Assembly (NCBI GenBank): GCA_048571215.1
Contig: CP182352.1
Coordinates: forward strand, 3,360,001 to 3,424,000
Direction: 5' to 3'
Length of the DNA stretch: 64,000 nucleotides
From: Halarcobacter sp.
GTDB lineage: Bacteria > Campylobacterota > Campylobacteria > Campylobacterales > Arcobacteraceae
Part shown: positions 49,950-59,532 of the stretch, piece after piece
Layout of the letters: each line of letters opens with the position of its first letter
How positions within the stretch are numbered: position 1 is the first letter of the stretch
Program-made: the position numbers and the translations under genes
Notes under the pieces: generated by a model
The model's input: the letters and a program-made list of their open reading frames with translations, nothing else
The model's database searches: none
Told to the model about the DNA's origin: nothing

Positions 49950-51596
49950 GTGTCAAAAAGTATTGAAAATGTTGTAAAAATAGATATATCTCCTGAAATG
50001 TCAATTTATAACACATTAAAAAATCATTCTTATAGTTTGGGTGGCGCTTTATCTGAATATATTGACAACTCTTTACAGTCTTTTATTGATAATGAAAAAG
50101 AACTAAAAACAAAAAAATTAAAGATAACAATTACAATAGATGATAAAGATATTAATGATAGAAAAATTATTATTGAAGATAATGCAGGTGGAATAAGTCA
50201 TAAAAATTTAGATCGTGCTATGAAACCTGCATATAAGCCCGAAAAACAAAATCTTAATGAGTTTGGAATAGGTATGAAAGCAGCTTCTCTTTGGATAGGT
50301 AGAAAATGGACTTTATTTAATCACTATTTGCATAGAAAAAATAAAAGTGAATCTGAGAAAATTTTATTTGATCTTGATGAACTTATTGAAAATAATGAGA
50401 CTTTAGTTCCAATAAGTCCTATTGCAAGTAATGATAATAAAAATGGTGTTACTATTATTATAGAAAGATTAAATAGAGATTTCGATAAAGAACTAATTGA
50501 AGATGCCTTTTGTAGTTTAATAGAAAATTATCAATATTTTATTTATAGAAGTAAGATATTAGATTTAAATCTAGTCTCTACAAAGTACGATGATTTAAAG
50601 ATTACACCAGAAGAAGAGGTAGAAATTCCTAATGTTTTAAAATCACGTAAAATGATAACAAAAGGTACTAGTTCATATTGGGGAGGGAACGAAGTAAAAG
50701 AATGGAGGCAGGATGTAGATTTTTTCTTTAATGAAAAACGTGTTACAGGTTTTGTTATGTGTAGAGAACCATCTAACCAAAAAAATCCTGGACTAAAGTA
50801 TTTTAGGGAAAAACGTTTAATTCAAGGTACTTATAGAAATTGGAATAGACCAATATATTTACTTAAAACTCCAAATAAACATGATTCATTAAGGTTTTAT
50901 GCAGAATTACACCTTGATGGACAACCGATATCAAATAACAAAGATAAATTAGATATAAATGAAAAAAAATTTTTAGATACCTTAAAATCACAATCTGGAG
51001 TTGATGAGATTCTTGAACAAGCAAAAGATTATAGACCTAGATCAATAAAACAAGCAAATCAGTACGAAAAAGAGGGGGTTACTCCTAAATCAAGAGGTAA
51101 GGGAAATCAGAAAAATAGTACAGTAGGTTCTAAAGATAACATTAAATCACAAATAAAAGAAAAACAACCTATTAATTTATTAGATTTAATTATTAAAAGT
51201 ACTGAAAACTTAGTTACACAAAGCATTGCAAAAGAAGCAAAGAAATTGTATGGAACAAGTGATTTGGGTTTTTTACTTTGTTATCGAGCCATTATGGAAA
51301 AAGTAGTGCAAGAAAAAATAAAAGGATTAATTTCCAATGAGGAATTTAAAAAGAGTAATATTTCAGATAAATCAATTAATAAATTAATTACTTGGCTTAA
51401 TAACAATAAAAATAATTTACCTTTTGAGGGTGAGTGGCAATCTGTTAAACGAAATTTGCAACATTTTGATAAAGAAAAAGTTTTTGATGTTACAAATATT
51501 GTTATTCATGCTCATTATCACCCAACAACAAATGATGTTAATAACCTTTTAATTAATAGCCAGAAGCTTTTAGAGTGGGCATTATCTCAGGAATAG
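49950..51596 (+). CDS. MORC/GHKL ATPase with small C-terminal helical (HEPN-like) domain
   Basis: EYIDNSL, DNAGGI, FGIGMKAAS; C-terminal LLCYRAIME...NIVIH. Confidence 0.75.
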   Translation: MSKSIENVVKIDISPEMSIYNTLKNHSYSLGGALSEYIDNSLQSFIDNEKELKTKKLKITITIDDKDINDRKIIIEDNAGGISHKNLDRAMKPAYKPEKQNLNEFGIGMKAASLWIGRKWTLFNHYLHRKNKSESEKILFDLDELIENNETLVPISPIASNDNKNGVTIIIERLNRDFDKELIEDAFCSLIENYQYFIYRSKILDLNLVSTKYDDLKITPEEEVEIPNVLKSRKMITKGTSSYWGGNEVKEWRQDVDFFFNEKRVTGFVMCREPSNQKNPGLKYFREKRLIQGTYRNWNRPIYLLKTPNKHDSLRFYAELHLDGQPISNNKDKLDINEKKFLDTLKSQSGVDEILEQAKDYRPRSIKQANQYEKEGVTPKSRGKGNQKNSTVGSKDNIKSQIKEKQPINLLDLIIKSTENLVTQSIAKEAKKLYGTSDLGFLLCYRAIMEKVVQEKIKGLISNEEFKKSNISDKSINKLITWLNNNKNNLPFEGEWQSVKRNLQHFDKEKVFDVTNIVIHAHYHPTTNDVNNLLINSQKLLEWALSQE

Positions 51597-52863
51597 TATT
51601 TTCAGCAATCATTTGAATAACCGTTGAGTTAACGGCATTTCCTAAAGCTTTAAATGCAGTTGATCTCGCACGTGGTAATTCCTTTAGGTTATGTAGACCC
51701 TGTAAACAAGCTGCTTCTTTGCTGTTTAAATATCTTTTTTCCAAGCCTAAAATTGGTATTTGAGTAGTTGTCATTGATATCAAAGAGGGAGCTGAGTTAG
51801 CTCTAATTATTCTAATACCAGAAGCTCTAAATTGTATTAGATGTTCCCATAGATTTTTTTTAGATAAACTTCTATCACTTTGCCATTGAAGTTTTTGCCA
51901 GCTTTGAGGAGAGGCTTTTAATTCTTTAATAAAAGGATTAAATGTATTAGGAGAACTATTATAAATTTCTCTACTAGATGCTAATGAAGTTGATATCCAT
52001 TTAACAGGTTTTTTCATTTTTCTATCAATATAGTGAGGTAAGAGTTCAAAAATCTCATTCCATGTTTTACATTTACTTAATGGAACTCCCCATGCACCTT
52101 TGTATCTTTTCATCTCATTTAATGTTAATTTACTAAACTCAATAGGATAATTTGCTCCAAACTCACTAGATACAATGTAATGCCCCGTTAAACTAGGAAT
52201 ATTAGAAATAATTGATTGCCATGTATTTAAAATTTTTTCTTTTCTGTCTTCAAGCTTTTTTTCATTTTCATTAGATAATTCAAAGTTATTAAAATATTTA
52301 AGAATATGATCACTAGAATTTTCTGAAGAAACCTCTGGCCATTTTATTTTGGCAGTATTATTTTGTTTTTTTGCAATAATAAATATTCTTTTTCTTTTTT
52401 GTGGGATATTAAAATCAACGGGAGAATATATTTTATCTTCTAAATAATAGCCTATTTTAGAAAATGATTCATTCAAGTAATTCCAAAAACTACCATTATC
52501 AATTGTTTTGATATTAGGAACATTTTCTAAAAAAATCATTTCAGGAGTGTGATGTTTTGCTATTCGTATTACATCATCTATTAGTTTTCCAGAAGTAGGG
52601 CATTTAGCACCCTTTTGCATGCCTGCTATTGAAAAGGGCTGACAAGGAAAGCCTGCACATAAAATATCATGTTCAGGAATGTCTTTTTCCTTTACTTTTC
52701 TAATATCTCCCTCTGGTTTTATTCCGTAATTTTTTTCATACAATTCTCGTAAATGATTTTCAAGTTCACAAGCAAATACACATTCCATTCCTAGTGAATG
52801 AAGTGCATTATGAAAACCTCCAAGACCTGCAAATAAATCAATAAATTTAAGCTTTTCTCCCAT
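51553..52863 (-). CDS. C5 cytosine DNA methyltransferase
   Basis: DLFAGLGG, GFPCQPFS, ENV, PQKRKR, GNAV. Confidence 0.95.
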   Translation of the reverse strand: MGEKLKFIDLFAGLGGFHNALHSLGMECVFACELENHLRELYEKNYGIKPEGDIRKVKEKDIPEHDILCAGFPCQPFSIAGMQKGAKCPTSGKLIDDVIRIAKHHTPEMIFLENVPNIKTIDNGSFWNYLNESFSKIGYYLEDKIYSPVDFNIPQKRKRIFIIAKKQNNTAKIKWPEVSSENSSDHILKYFNNFELSNENEKKLEDRKEKILNTWQSIISNIPSLTGHYIVSSEFGANYPIEFSKLTLNEMKRYKGAWGVPLSKCKTWNEIFELLPHYIDRKMKKPVKWISTSLASSREIYNSSPNTFNPFIKELKASPQSWQKLQWQSDRSLSKKNLWEHLIQFRASGIRIIRANSAPSLISMTTTQIPILGLEKRYLNSKEAACLQGLHNLKELPRARSTAFKALGNAVNSTVIQMIAENTIPEIMPTLKASGY

Positions 52864-53043
52864 TTTATTTACCTTTTAAAAATTAATATTTATTTAAATA
52901 TAATTTATTATATTTAAATAAATATTAAAATAGACTTAATAAAAAGTATTAAAATATAATAATACGCATAAAAATTATTAAATAAAACATAAAGCTTCTT
53001 TACTATACAATTAAAAAATAATAAAATGTAATGGAAAATAATT

Positions 53044-53712
53044 ATGCTAGAAGATTATATTAAATTTCCACAACGCAAAATAAAAAAGAGCTATCGTTCT
53101 GTCATTGGGCATTTCCCTAGTATAAAAAATGGTAAATCAATAATCTATGAGTCACTATTGGAAAGAGCCTTATATCTATCTTTGGAATTTGATGATAGTG
53201 TTTTTGCATATTATGAACAGCCTCAAATTGAAATTGATTTTAAAAATAGACATTCAACATATAGCTTAGATTGCTATATCCGAAGAGTAAAAGAATCAGG
53301 GGTTAAAGATACGATTATTGAAGTAAAATATTCAAATGAACTTGAAAAAAATAAAGAATACTTTGAAGAAAAATTTGAAGATACGAAAGTGTTTGCGAAA
53401 GAACATGATTTAGAATTTGATGTATTTACTGAACTTTCATATAGCAAAGAATATATAGAAAATTTAGACTTTTTATATAGGTATAAAGAAAATCCAATAG
53501 AACATAAATATGAAAAAGAGATATTGGATGTTCTTAAAGACACTACAAAATTAGCTGCATTTGATTTAGTGCAAAAACTTACATCTAATCCAAAAGAATA
53601 TGCAATAGTTTCTAATAACATTTGGTCATTAGTTTCAACTGGTAAATTAAAGACAGATTTATTTGCTAATGAGTTTACTATGAATTCTTTAGTGGAGTTA
53701 AACAATGGCTAA
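53044..53712 (+). CDS. tnsA: TnsA endonuclease
   Basis: YESLLER...LEFD...EQP...D...IEVK PD-(D/E)xK pattern; overlaps the tnsB start. Confidence 0.85.
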   Translation: MLEDYIKFPQRKIKKSYRSVIGHFPSIKNGKSIIYESLLERALYLSLEFDDSVFAYYEQPQIEIDFKNRHSTYSLDCYIRRVKESGVKDTIIEVKYSNELEKNKEYFEEKFEDTKVFAKEHDLEFDVFTELSYSKEYIENLDFLYRYKENPIEHKYEKEILDVLKDTTKLAAFDLVQKLTSNPKEYAIVSNNIWSLVSTGKLKTDLFANEFTMNSLVELNNG

Positions 53713-55591
53713 TGTAATTTCCTTTGATATTGATAGTAAAATTTTTTACCAAGATGTAGAATATATTATAAAAGGATATCCCTCTTTAGAGGAAGTACTC
53801 CTCAAAAAATTAAATAAACCATATAATGAAAAAATTGTAAAAGTCAATGATTTAATTAGTGACCCTAAAAATATAAAAAAGAGAACAAAAGAATTAGTTG
53901 ATACTGAACAAAAAGAATTAGATAAAGCAACTGAACGATTTAAGATTATTGAACCTTTATTAGACATTGAAAATAGAACAGCAAAAGATGTTCAAAAAGT
54001 TGCAAAGAAAAATAAAAAAGGTATTGCCACAATATATAGATGGCTTAATACTTATGAGCAATACAAAACTGTAAGTTCACTAGCTTCTAGAAGAGAATTT
54101 TGTGGAGGTAAAGGAAAAAGTAGATTAGACGAATCTGTTGATACAATAATCAATAGTGTAATAGAAGAGATGTATTTACATAAACAACAATATCCCCTGC
54201 AAGATATCTATGAAGAGATTGTTTATAAATGCCAGAATATAGAACTAAAAGCACCCACAAAAAATACGATAAGAAATAGAATAAATGCTTTACATCCAAA
54301 AATTATTGCAAAATATAGAAATGGAATAAGAGTAAATGAAACTAGAGGAATGCCAAATAAATTTCCAGATGTGAAAATGCCTTTAGACATTATTCAAATT
54401 GATCATACTAAAGTTGATGTTATTTTGGTTGATGAAGAAAATAGAGAACCAATTGGAAGACCTTTTATTACTGTTGCAATTGATGTATATAGTAGGATGA
54501 TGTATGGCTTCTATATCTCTTTAGAAGCCCCTAGTTATTTTAGTGTAGGGCAATGTTTATTAAATGCAATTTTACCAAAGGATGAATTATTAGCAAAATA
54601 TAAAGTTGAGGGAGAATACCCTGTTTATGGATTGCCTAGAAAGGTACATATGGACAACGGTAAGGACTTTACTTCAATTAGTTTACGTAATTTTTGTCAA
54701 GAATTTAGAATAGAAGATCGCTATCGTCCAGTTGCTAGACCTGAGTTTGGTGGTGCAGTAGAAAGAGTTTTAGGCACATATATGAAAAAGATGCATTCCT
54801 TGCCAGGTACAACTAGATCTAATATATTTAAAAGAGGAAGTTACGATTCTGAGATAGAAGCTGCTATGACTATTGATGAACTTGAAGAATGGTATTTGGA
54901 TTTTGTAATAAATGTTTATCATAAAACTGAACATAGCTCAATATTTATGACACCTGAAGAGAAATTTTATCAAGGTTTATATGGCGTCGGAAAAGAAAAG
55001 TCTATCCCGTTTTTGCCTACAGTTCCAACAAATACTTTAAAGCTTAGAATGGCATTACTTCCTCAAATAAAACGTAGTGTTCAAAAAAATGGTATCACTA
55101 TTGATTATATTACTTATTTTTCAGAATCTTTGAGAAAATGGATTATTCCATCTCAATATAAAAAATTAAAACCTAATTTAAAAAATGAAGTTATTTGTAG
55201 ACGTGACCCAAGGGATATTAGTAAAATATATGTATATGATGAAGATATTAAAGATTATATCACTGTTCCATATGCAGATATTAGAAAACCTAAAATGAAC
55301 TTATCTGAGCTTAGAGAGGCAATTTCGGAAGCAAAAAAGCAAATAACAGGAAGAGAACTTGAACCTCATGATATTTTTGAAGCAAAAGAGAGACTTCGAC
55401 AAAGGGTTGAATCTGCAAAAAGAGAAAAAAAATCTGTAAGACGTAAAAGAAGTTCTAAAAAGCATCAAGAAAAAATTTTAAATATGGAAAAAGAGAGAAT
55501 TGATTATAAAGAGACCAAACCTACACCTTTAAAAATATCCCAAGCACAGGATGAAGATGAGGAAGGTTATGATATATATCCTATAGGTTGA
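53705..55591 (+). CDS. tnsB: TnsB/TniA DDE transposase
   Basis: QIDHTKVD, AIDVYSR, MDNGKDF, GAVER, RDPRDIS. Confidence 0.92.
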   Translation: MANVISFDIDSKIFYQDVEYIIKGYPSLEEVLLKKLNKPYNEKIVKVNDLISDPKNIKKRTKELVDTEQKELDKATERFKIIEPLLDIENRTAKDVQKVAKKNKKGIATIYRWLNTYEQYKTVSSLASRREFCGGKGKSRLDESVDTIINSVIEEMYLHKQQYPLQDIYEEIVYKCQNIELKAPTKNTIRNRINALHPKIIAKYRNGIRVNETRGMPNKFPDVKMPLDIIQIDHTKVDVILVDEENREPIGRPFITVAIDVYSRMMYGFYISLEAPSYFSVGQCLLNAILPKDELLAKYKVEGEYPVYGLPRKVHMDNGKDFTSISLRNFCQEFRIEDRYRPVARPEFGGAVERVLGTYMKKMHSLPGTTRSNIFKRGSYDSEIEAAMTIDELEEWYLDFVINVYHKTEHSSIFMTPEEKFYQGLYGVGKEKSIPFLPTVPTNTLKLRMALLPQIKRSVQKNGITIDYITYFSESLRKWIIPSQYKKLKPNLKNEVICRRDPRDISKIYVYDEDIKDYITVPYADIRKPKMNLSELREAISEAKKQITGRELEPHDIFEAKERLRQRVESAKREKKSVRRKRSSKKHQEKILNMEKERIDYKETKPTPLKISQAQDEDEEGYDIYPIG

Positions 55592-55596
55592 AATAG

Positions 55597-56466
55597 ATGA
55601 ATGAAAGAAATTTGACAAAAGAAGCTTTAGCGTATTTAGAAAAAAGTGATGAAGAAAGAATTTTATATTGTAAAAAAGATCATTGGATAGGATATGGTGC
55701 AGCTGTAAAATTAATTGAGATTTTAGAAGATAAGTTCTTTGATCCTCCTCAAATGAGACATGAAGGCTTATTGATTTATGGCGACTCAAACAATGGTAAA
55801 ACTGCTATCTTAAGAAAAATGTATGATTTACATAAAGTCAAATTAGAGCCAATTGAAAAAGGCGATAACATAACTTATGATATTCCTATAATATATTTTC
55901 AAGCTCCCACAGTTCCCGATGAAAGTAGATTGTATAGTCTTATATTAGAAGAACTTTGTGCTCCTTGTAAGCCAACAGAGAAATTATCAATAAAAGTAAA
56001 ACTTGCAAAGCATTATTTAAATAAATTAGGAACAAAGATGATTTTAATAGATGAGATTCATAGTTCGTTAACTGGTAATCTAAATAAACAAAGAACTTTT
56101 ATAGATGATTTAAAGCAGCTAAGCAATAGTTTGTCATTAACCATAGTTTTAGCAGGGACAAGAGCTGCTCACTCTGCTTTATCAATTGGAGAAGAAACAG
56201 CAACAAGGTTTCCTTCTATTGAACTTCCTAGATGGAACAATGATAGAAAGTTTAGGTCTTTTATTGCTACCTATGAACGATGTTTACCTCTAAAAGAGGC
56301 TTCAAATATGGCAGATAATCCAGAGATAATAAATGCACTTTTTCATCAATCTGAAGGATTAATTGGAAAAACAGTGAATTTATTGAAAAAAGCAGCAGTA
56401 AAAGCAATCAAATCAAAAAGAGAGTATATTATAGTCTCTGATATAGAGTATTTACCAAAGTTGTAA
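55597..56466 (+). CDS. tnsC: TnsC/TniB AAA+ ATPase
   Basis: HWIGY, GDSNNGKT, LIDEIH, TRF. Confidence 0.9.
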   Translation: MNERNLTKEALAYLEKSDEERILYCKKDHWIGYGAAVKLIEILEDKFFDPPQMRHEGLLIYGDSNNGKTAILRKMYDLHKVKLEPIEKGDNITYDIPIIYFQAPTVPDESRLYSLILEELCAPCKPTEKLSIKVKLAKHYLNKLGTKMILIDEIHSSLTGNLNKQRTFIDDLKQLSNSLSLTIVLAGTRAAHSALSIGEETATRFPSIELPRWNNDRKFRSFIATYERCLPLKEASNMADNPEIINALFHQSEGLIGKTVNLLKKAAVKAIKSKREYIIVSDIEYLPKL

Positions 56467-56467
56467 T

Positions 56468-57640
56468 ATGAAAACTAAAAAAAGAAATAGAGATTGGGTT
56501 CAAGACTATTTCTTTTTGTTTATTTCCAAACCTTTAAAAGATGAACTTTTAAGTTCTTGGTTAACCAGAGTTGCTTTTGAGCATCAACGAGATCTTTCAA
56601 GTTTTATATCACTTTTCATAAGACATCAAGGAAGCACAATAGCAAGAGCTGATATTGATTTTTTATATGATGAAAAACTATTTAAACAATTAGCTAGAAA
56701 AAGCCATTTATCTGATAAAGAAATATATCAAATGTCTTTACGTAGTGAAGAAGGACATCTTTTTATTTGTTCTGAAAATGGGTTATATCCACCTTTTCAA
56801 ATTAGAAAATTAACTGACAAAAGAACTCATCATGCTTTAATGTATTGTCCAAAGTGTTTAGCTGAGGAAAAAATTCCATATTTTAGGAAAAAATGGAGAT
56901 ACAACTTTTATAATGCTTGTCCAAAACATAAGATATTTTTAACAGACAGATGTTGGCGATGTTATACAAAAATTGAATTTCCAAAAATAAAACATCTAAA
57001 AGAACTTTGTTTTTGCTATAACTGTGAAAAAGATTTAAGAGAAACTATTACGATATCTATTCAATCAAATCATAAATATGGATTAAAAGCTATTGAGTGG
57101 TTTGAAAAAGGATTAAATAAAGGATATTTTATAATAAATAAACAAAAAGTTAAATCAGTTTTTATATTTGAAAGTTTTACAAAATTGAGATTTTTATTAG
57201 GTAAAAAACAAAAATTAGATTTAGAAGCCTTTCCTTTGATAGAAGAGTATAAAGATATTTGTAAAAAGCTAGAAAAATATAATTCTAAAAAAGCTTTATC
57301 TATATATAAAGAGTTCGTATTAACCTCAATGGTTTATTATCTATTTCAGAATTATCCTAATAATTTAATTGATTTCTCAAAACAAAACCATTTTACTCAT
57401 AGGGATTTTGTTCATGGTTTTAAAGATATTCCATTTTGGTATAAAGAACTAATAGATGAGATTATCCCCATGCAAAATAAAATAGGTAGAGTAATTAGTG
57501 AAAGTGAAGTTTTAGGAGCTATTAAGTATTTAAAAAATCAAAAGAAAGTTGTAAATCAATTAAATGTGGCAGAAGTTGTAGGTTGCCATTTTACAATACA
57601 TAAGGGTTTTATAAAAATCTACAAAAGAATAATCAAATAA
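56468..57640 (+). CDS. tniQ: TniQ/TnsD-like target selector with C-terminal HTH
   Basis: PLKDELLSSWLTR, YCPKCL, CPKH, CWRC, CYNC zinc motifs. Confidence 0.9.
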   Translation: MKTKKRNRDWVQDYFFLFISKPLKDELLSSWLTRVAFEHQRDLSSFISLFIRHQGSTIARADIDFLYDEKLFKQLARKSHLSDKEIYQMSLRSEEGHLFICSENGLYPPFQIRKLTDKRTHHALMYCPKCLAEEKIPYFRKKWRYNFYNACPKHKIFLTDRCWRCYTKIEFPKIKHLKELCFCYNCEKDLRETITISIQSNHKYGLKAIEWFEKGLNKGYFIINKQKVKSVFIFESFTKLRFLLGKKQKLDLEAFPLIEEYKDICKKLEKYNSKKALSIYKEFVLTSMVYYLFQNYPNNLIDFSKQNHFTHRDFVHGFKDIPFWYKELIDEIIPMQNKIGRVISESEVLGAIKYLKNQKKVVNQLNVAEVVGCHFTIHKGFIKIYKRIIK

Positions 57641-57642
57641 TC

Positions 57643-59340
57643 TTAAATTTTTCCTAATAATCCACTATACCACTTAGCTAATTGCATATCATTCAAACTT
57701 TCATTTCTCTCATGATTCTTTTTAGCAAATTTAGGATTAGTTTTTTTATATTTTTTGGAAATGTCAGGAATAGAAATATCATCTTTACAATATAAATTGA
57801 TGAAAAGATTAAATATATCTTTTGTTATAAATGAATCAGAAATTATTACCCAACAAGATGCAGATGAAGATGTATAGTTTTCTAATTCTAATAATCCTAC
57901 ATGAGAATTTTTATATTTAAAAGTAGCAGTTAAATATTGTCTAGCTCTTTTTTTCATTTTGCATTTAGAGTTAATCTTTTTTTCACCATTTTTTTCAACT
58001 ATAAATTCAGGTAAATGAGTTACTTCATTTAAAACAAAATTTTCAATAGGTTTTTGTTTCTGTAAAAAATCCATGTATTGCTTAAATACTATAAAATTAT
58101 CTATTTCCTTTAGAGGAGTTTTTTCACCTTTTTCAAATTCACTAGAGATTATCACTCTTCTGGTTGTTTTATCTCCTTTTGATGAGGACTCTGTAAGACT
58201 TTGATCAACTTTATCTCCATTCTCTTGCTCTTGATATATTTTTAGTAAATCCTCAATAATATCTTTAGTCTTTGTTTCATGTTCTATTTCAATATTTTGT
58301 AAACTTCCACAACTTTTTTTTCTGTCTTTTTGATGTTGAGTTCTGGTGTGTTTTTTATTTGCATGTTTTACTTTTAATATTTCAGTAGTCTCTTCAGGAA
58401 TTTCTCTATCAACTTTAGAAAGATTTTCTAAATCATTTATAGTTGTAATAACTTTATTTTGCTCAATAATTTTTGTAAATTTGTCAAATCCTATATCTGA
58501 GTAATCATTTAAAATTTCATGAATATAATAGTATTGTTCGTTTGTATCTTTATTTGTCAATAGAGTTGCTTTTACATCTATTTTAAATTTTTCTTTCACA
58601 GGAAAATTTATTTTTAGATGAATATCTCCAGGTTCTTTATCTATATCCTCTTGTCTCATATATGCAAGATAGTTGTGTATATACTTGCCTATATTATCAA
58701 ATTCATTATGAGCAGTTTCTTGACAAGCAAATCTATGTATAAAAGCAGCATCTTCATCTGTACGTGGAGTTGGTAATACAATTTTTGCATCTGCTCTATT
58801 ATCATCACACATAATATATAAACTTTCAACATTACACTCTAAAGAGGCTTCTCTCATTTCTGAAAATCTAAAGTAATAATATATACCTATCGCATAATGG
58901 GGGATTATAATTTTGATACCAGATTGCTCTATTAAATAACAGTTAATATATTTTGCAGTATTTAAAAATGTATAATTCCAACCAAGTAAAGTACCAATAG
59001 TCTTATAATCAAGTATTTCATGTAGTTTCTTTGATGAAGAGTTGTCTATTAAAGAGGTATCAATGAAAAAACTTTCTTCAAAATTTTCTTTATCTGGATA
59101 ATTTTCTGTTTTATCACTATTTTTAAAAGATTTACAAAGAGGAAAATGTGTAAATAAAAGTTCAGGAGAGATAAGTTTTGAAAACACATTACCAGTAGAC
59201 ATATTTTTAATTACGACTTCATAATGACTATTCCCAAACTTATCTTCATCAAGGATTAATTTTAAAGGAAATAAGAGTTTAAAAGTATCATTTGGATTAT
59301 CAGACATAAAATCAGGAATAATACTTTTACCCTTTGACAT
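57643..59340 (-). CDS. TnsE-like protein (tentative)
   Basis: 565 aa, conserved next to the element end in both C and D; IIIPHYAIGIYYYF and RQYLTATF...VGLLELE...SASCWVI recall TnsE N- and C-terminal patterns. Confidence 0.55.
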   Translation of the reverse strand: MSKGKSIIPDFMSDNPNDTFKLLFPLKLILDEDKFGNSHYEVVIKNMSTGNVFSKLISPELLFTHFPLCKSFKNSDKTENYPDKENFEESFFIDTSLIDNSSSKKLHEILDYKTIGTLLGWNYTFLNTAKYINCYLIEQSGIKIIIPHYAIGIYYYFRFSEMREASLECNVESLYIMCDDNRADAKIVLPTPRTDEDAAFIHRFACQETAHNEFDNIGKYIHNYLAYMRQEDIDKEPGDIHLKINFPVKEKFKIDVKATLLTNKDTNEQYYYIHEILNDYSDIGFDKFTKIIEQNKVITTINDLENLSKVDREIPEETTEILKVKHANKKHTRTQHQKDRKKSCGSLQNIEIEHETKTKDIIEDLLKIYQEQENGDKVDQSLTESSSKGDKTTRRVIISSEFEKGEKTPLKEIDNFIVFKQYMDFLQKQKPIENFVLNEVTHLPEFIVEKNGEKKINSKCKMKKRARQYLTATFKYKNSHVGLLELENYTSSSASCWVIISDSFITKDIFNLFINLYCKDDISIPDISKKYKKTNPKFAKKNHERNESLNDMQLAKWYSGLLGKI

Positions 59341-59532
59341 GTTAGTTTAAACTCCCATTATCAAATTTTATTTGACATATTATCACTTTTTATTTCCTAT
59401 TATCATTTTTTTTTGCTTTTGACAAATGATACTTTTACCTTTAGACATATTAAATTAAACTTCCATTATCAAAGTTTATTTTACATATTATCACTTTTTA
59501 TTTCCTATTATCATTTTTTATTTTTTCTGACA
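59321..59532. repeat. Two tandem ~108-bp-offset transposon ends, each with three ATTATCA TnsB-site cores
   Basis: 59321-59424 and 59429-59532 are homologous; each ends in GACA. Confidence 0.9.

Larger units (their letters stand above)
28638..59424. mobile_element. Complete Tn7-like element D, 30787 bp, 5-bp TSD AATGA
   Basis: AATGA at 28633-28637 and 59425-59429; both ends read TGTN-N15-TGATAATAG; intact tns genes. Confidence 0.93.
16869..59532. mobile_element. Tn7-like element C (non-autonomous; hosts nested element D)
   Basis: CCTCA|TGTCATATTCAAAA ... TTTTTTCTGACA|CCTCA; ATTATCA repeats at the proximal end; decayed tnsA and split tnsE-like gene. Confidence 0.75.

Noticed and set aside
53044..59424. 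CRISPR-associated transposon (CAST)
   Set aside because: No cas-like genes and no repeat-spacer array seen; the ~20-bp periodic ATTATCA repeats fit TnsB sites.
59321..59532. Simple tandem duplication or assembly artefact
   Set aside because: Copies are diverged, and the AATGA duplication plus the split gene explain them as nested ends.
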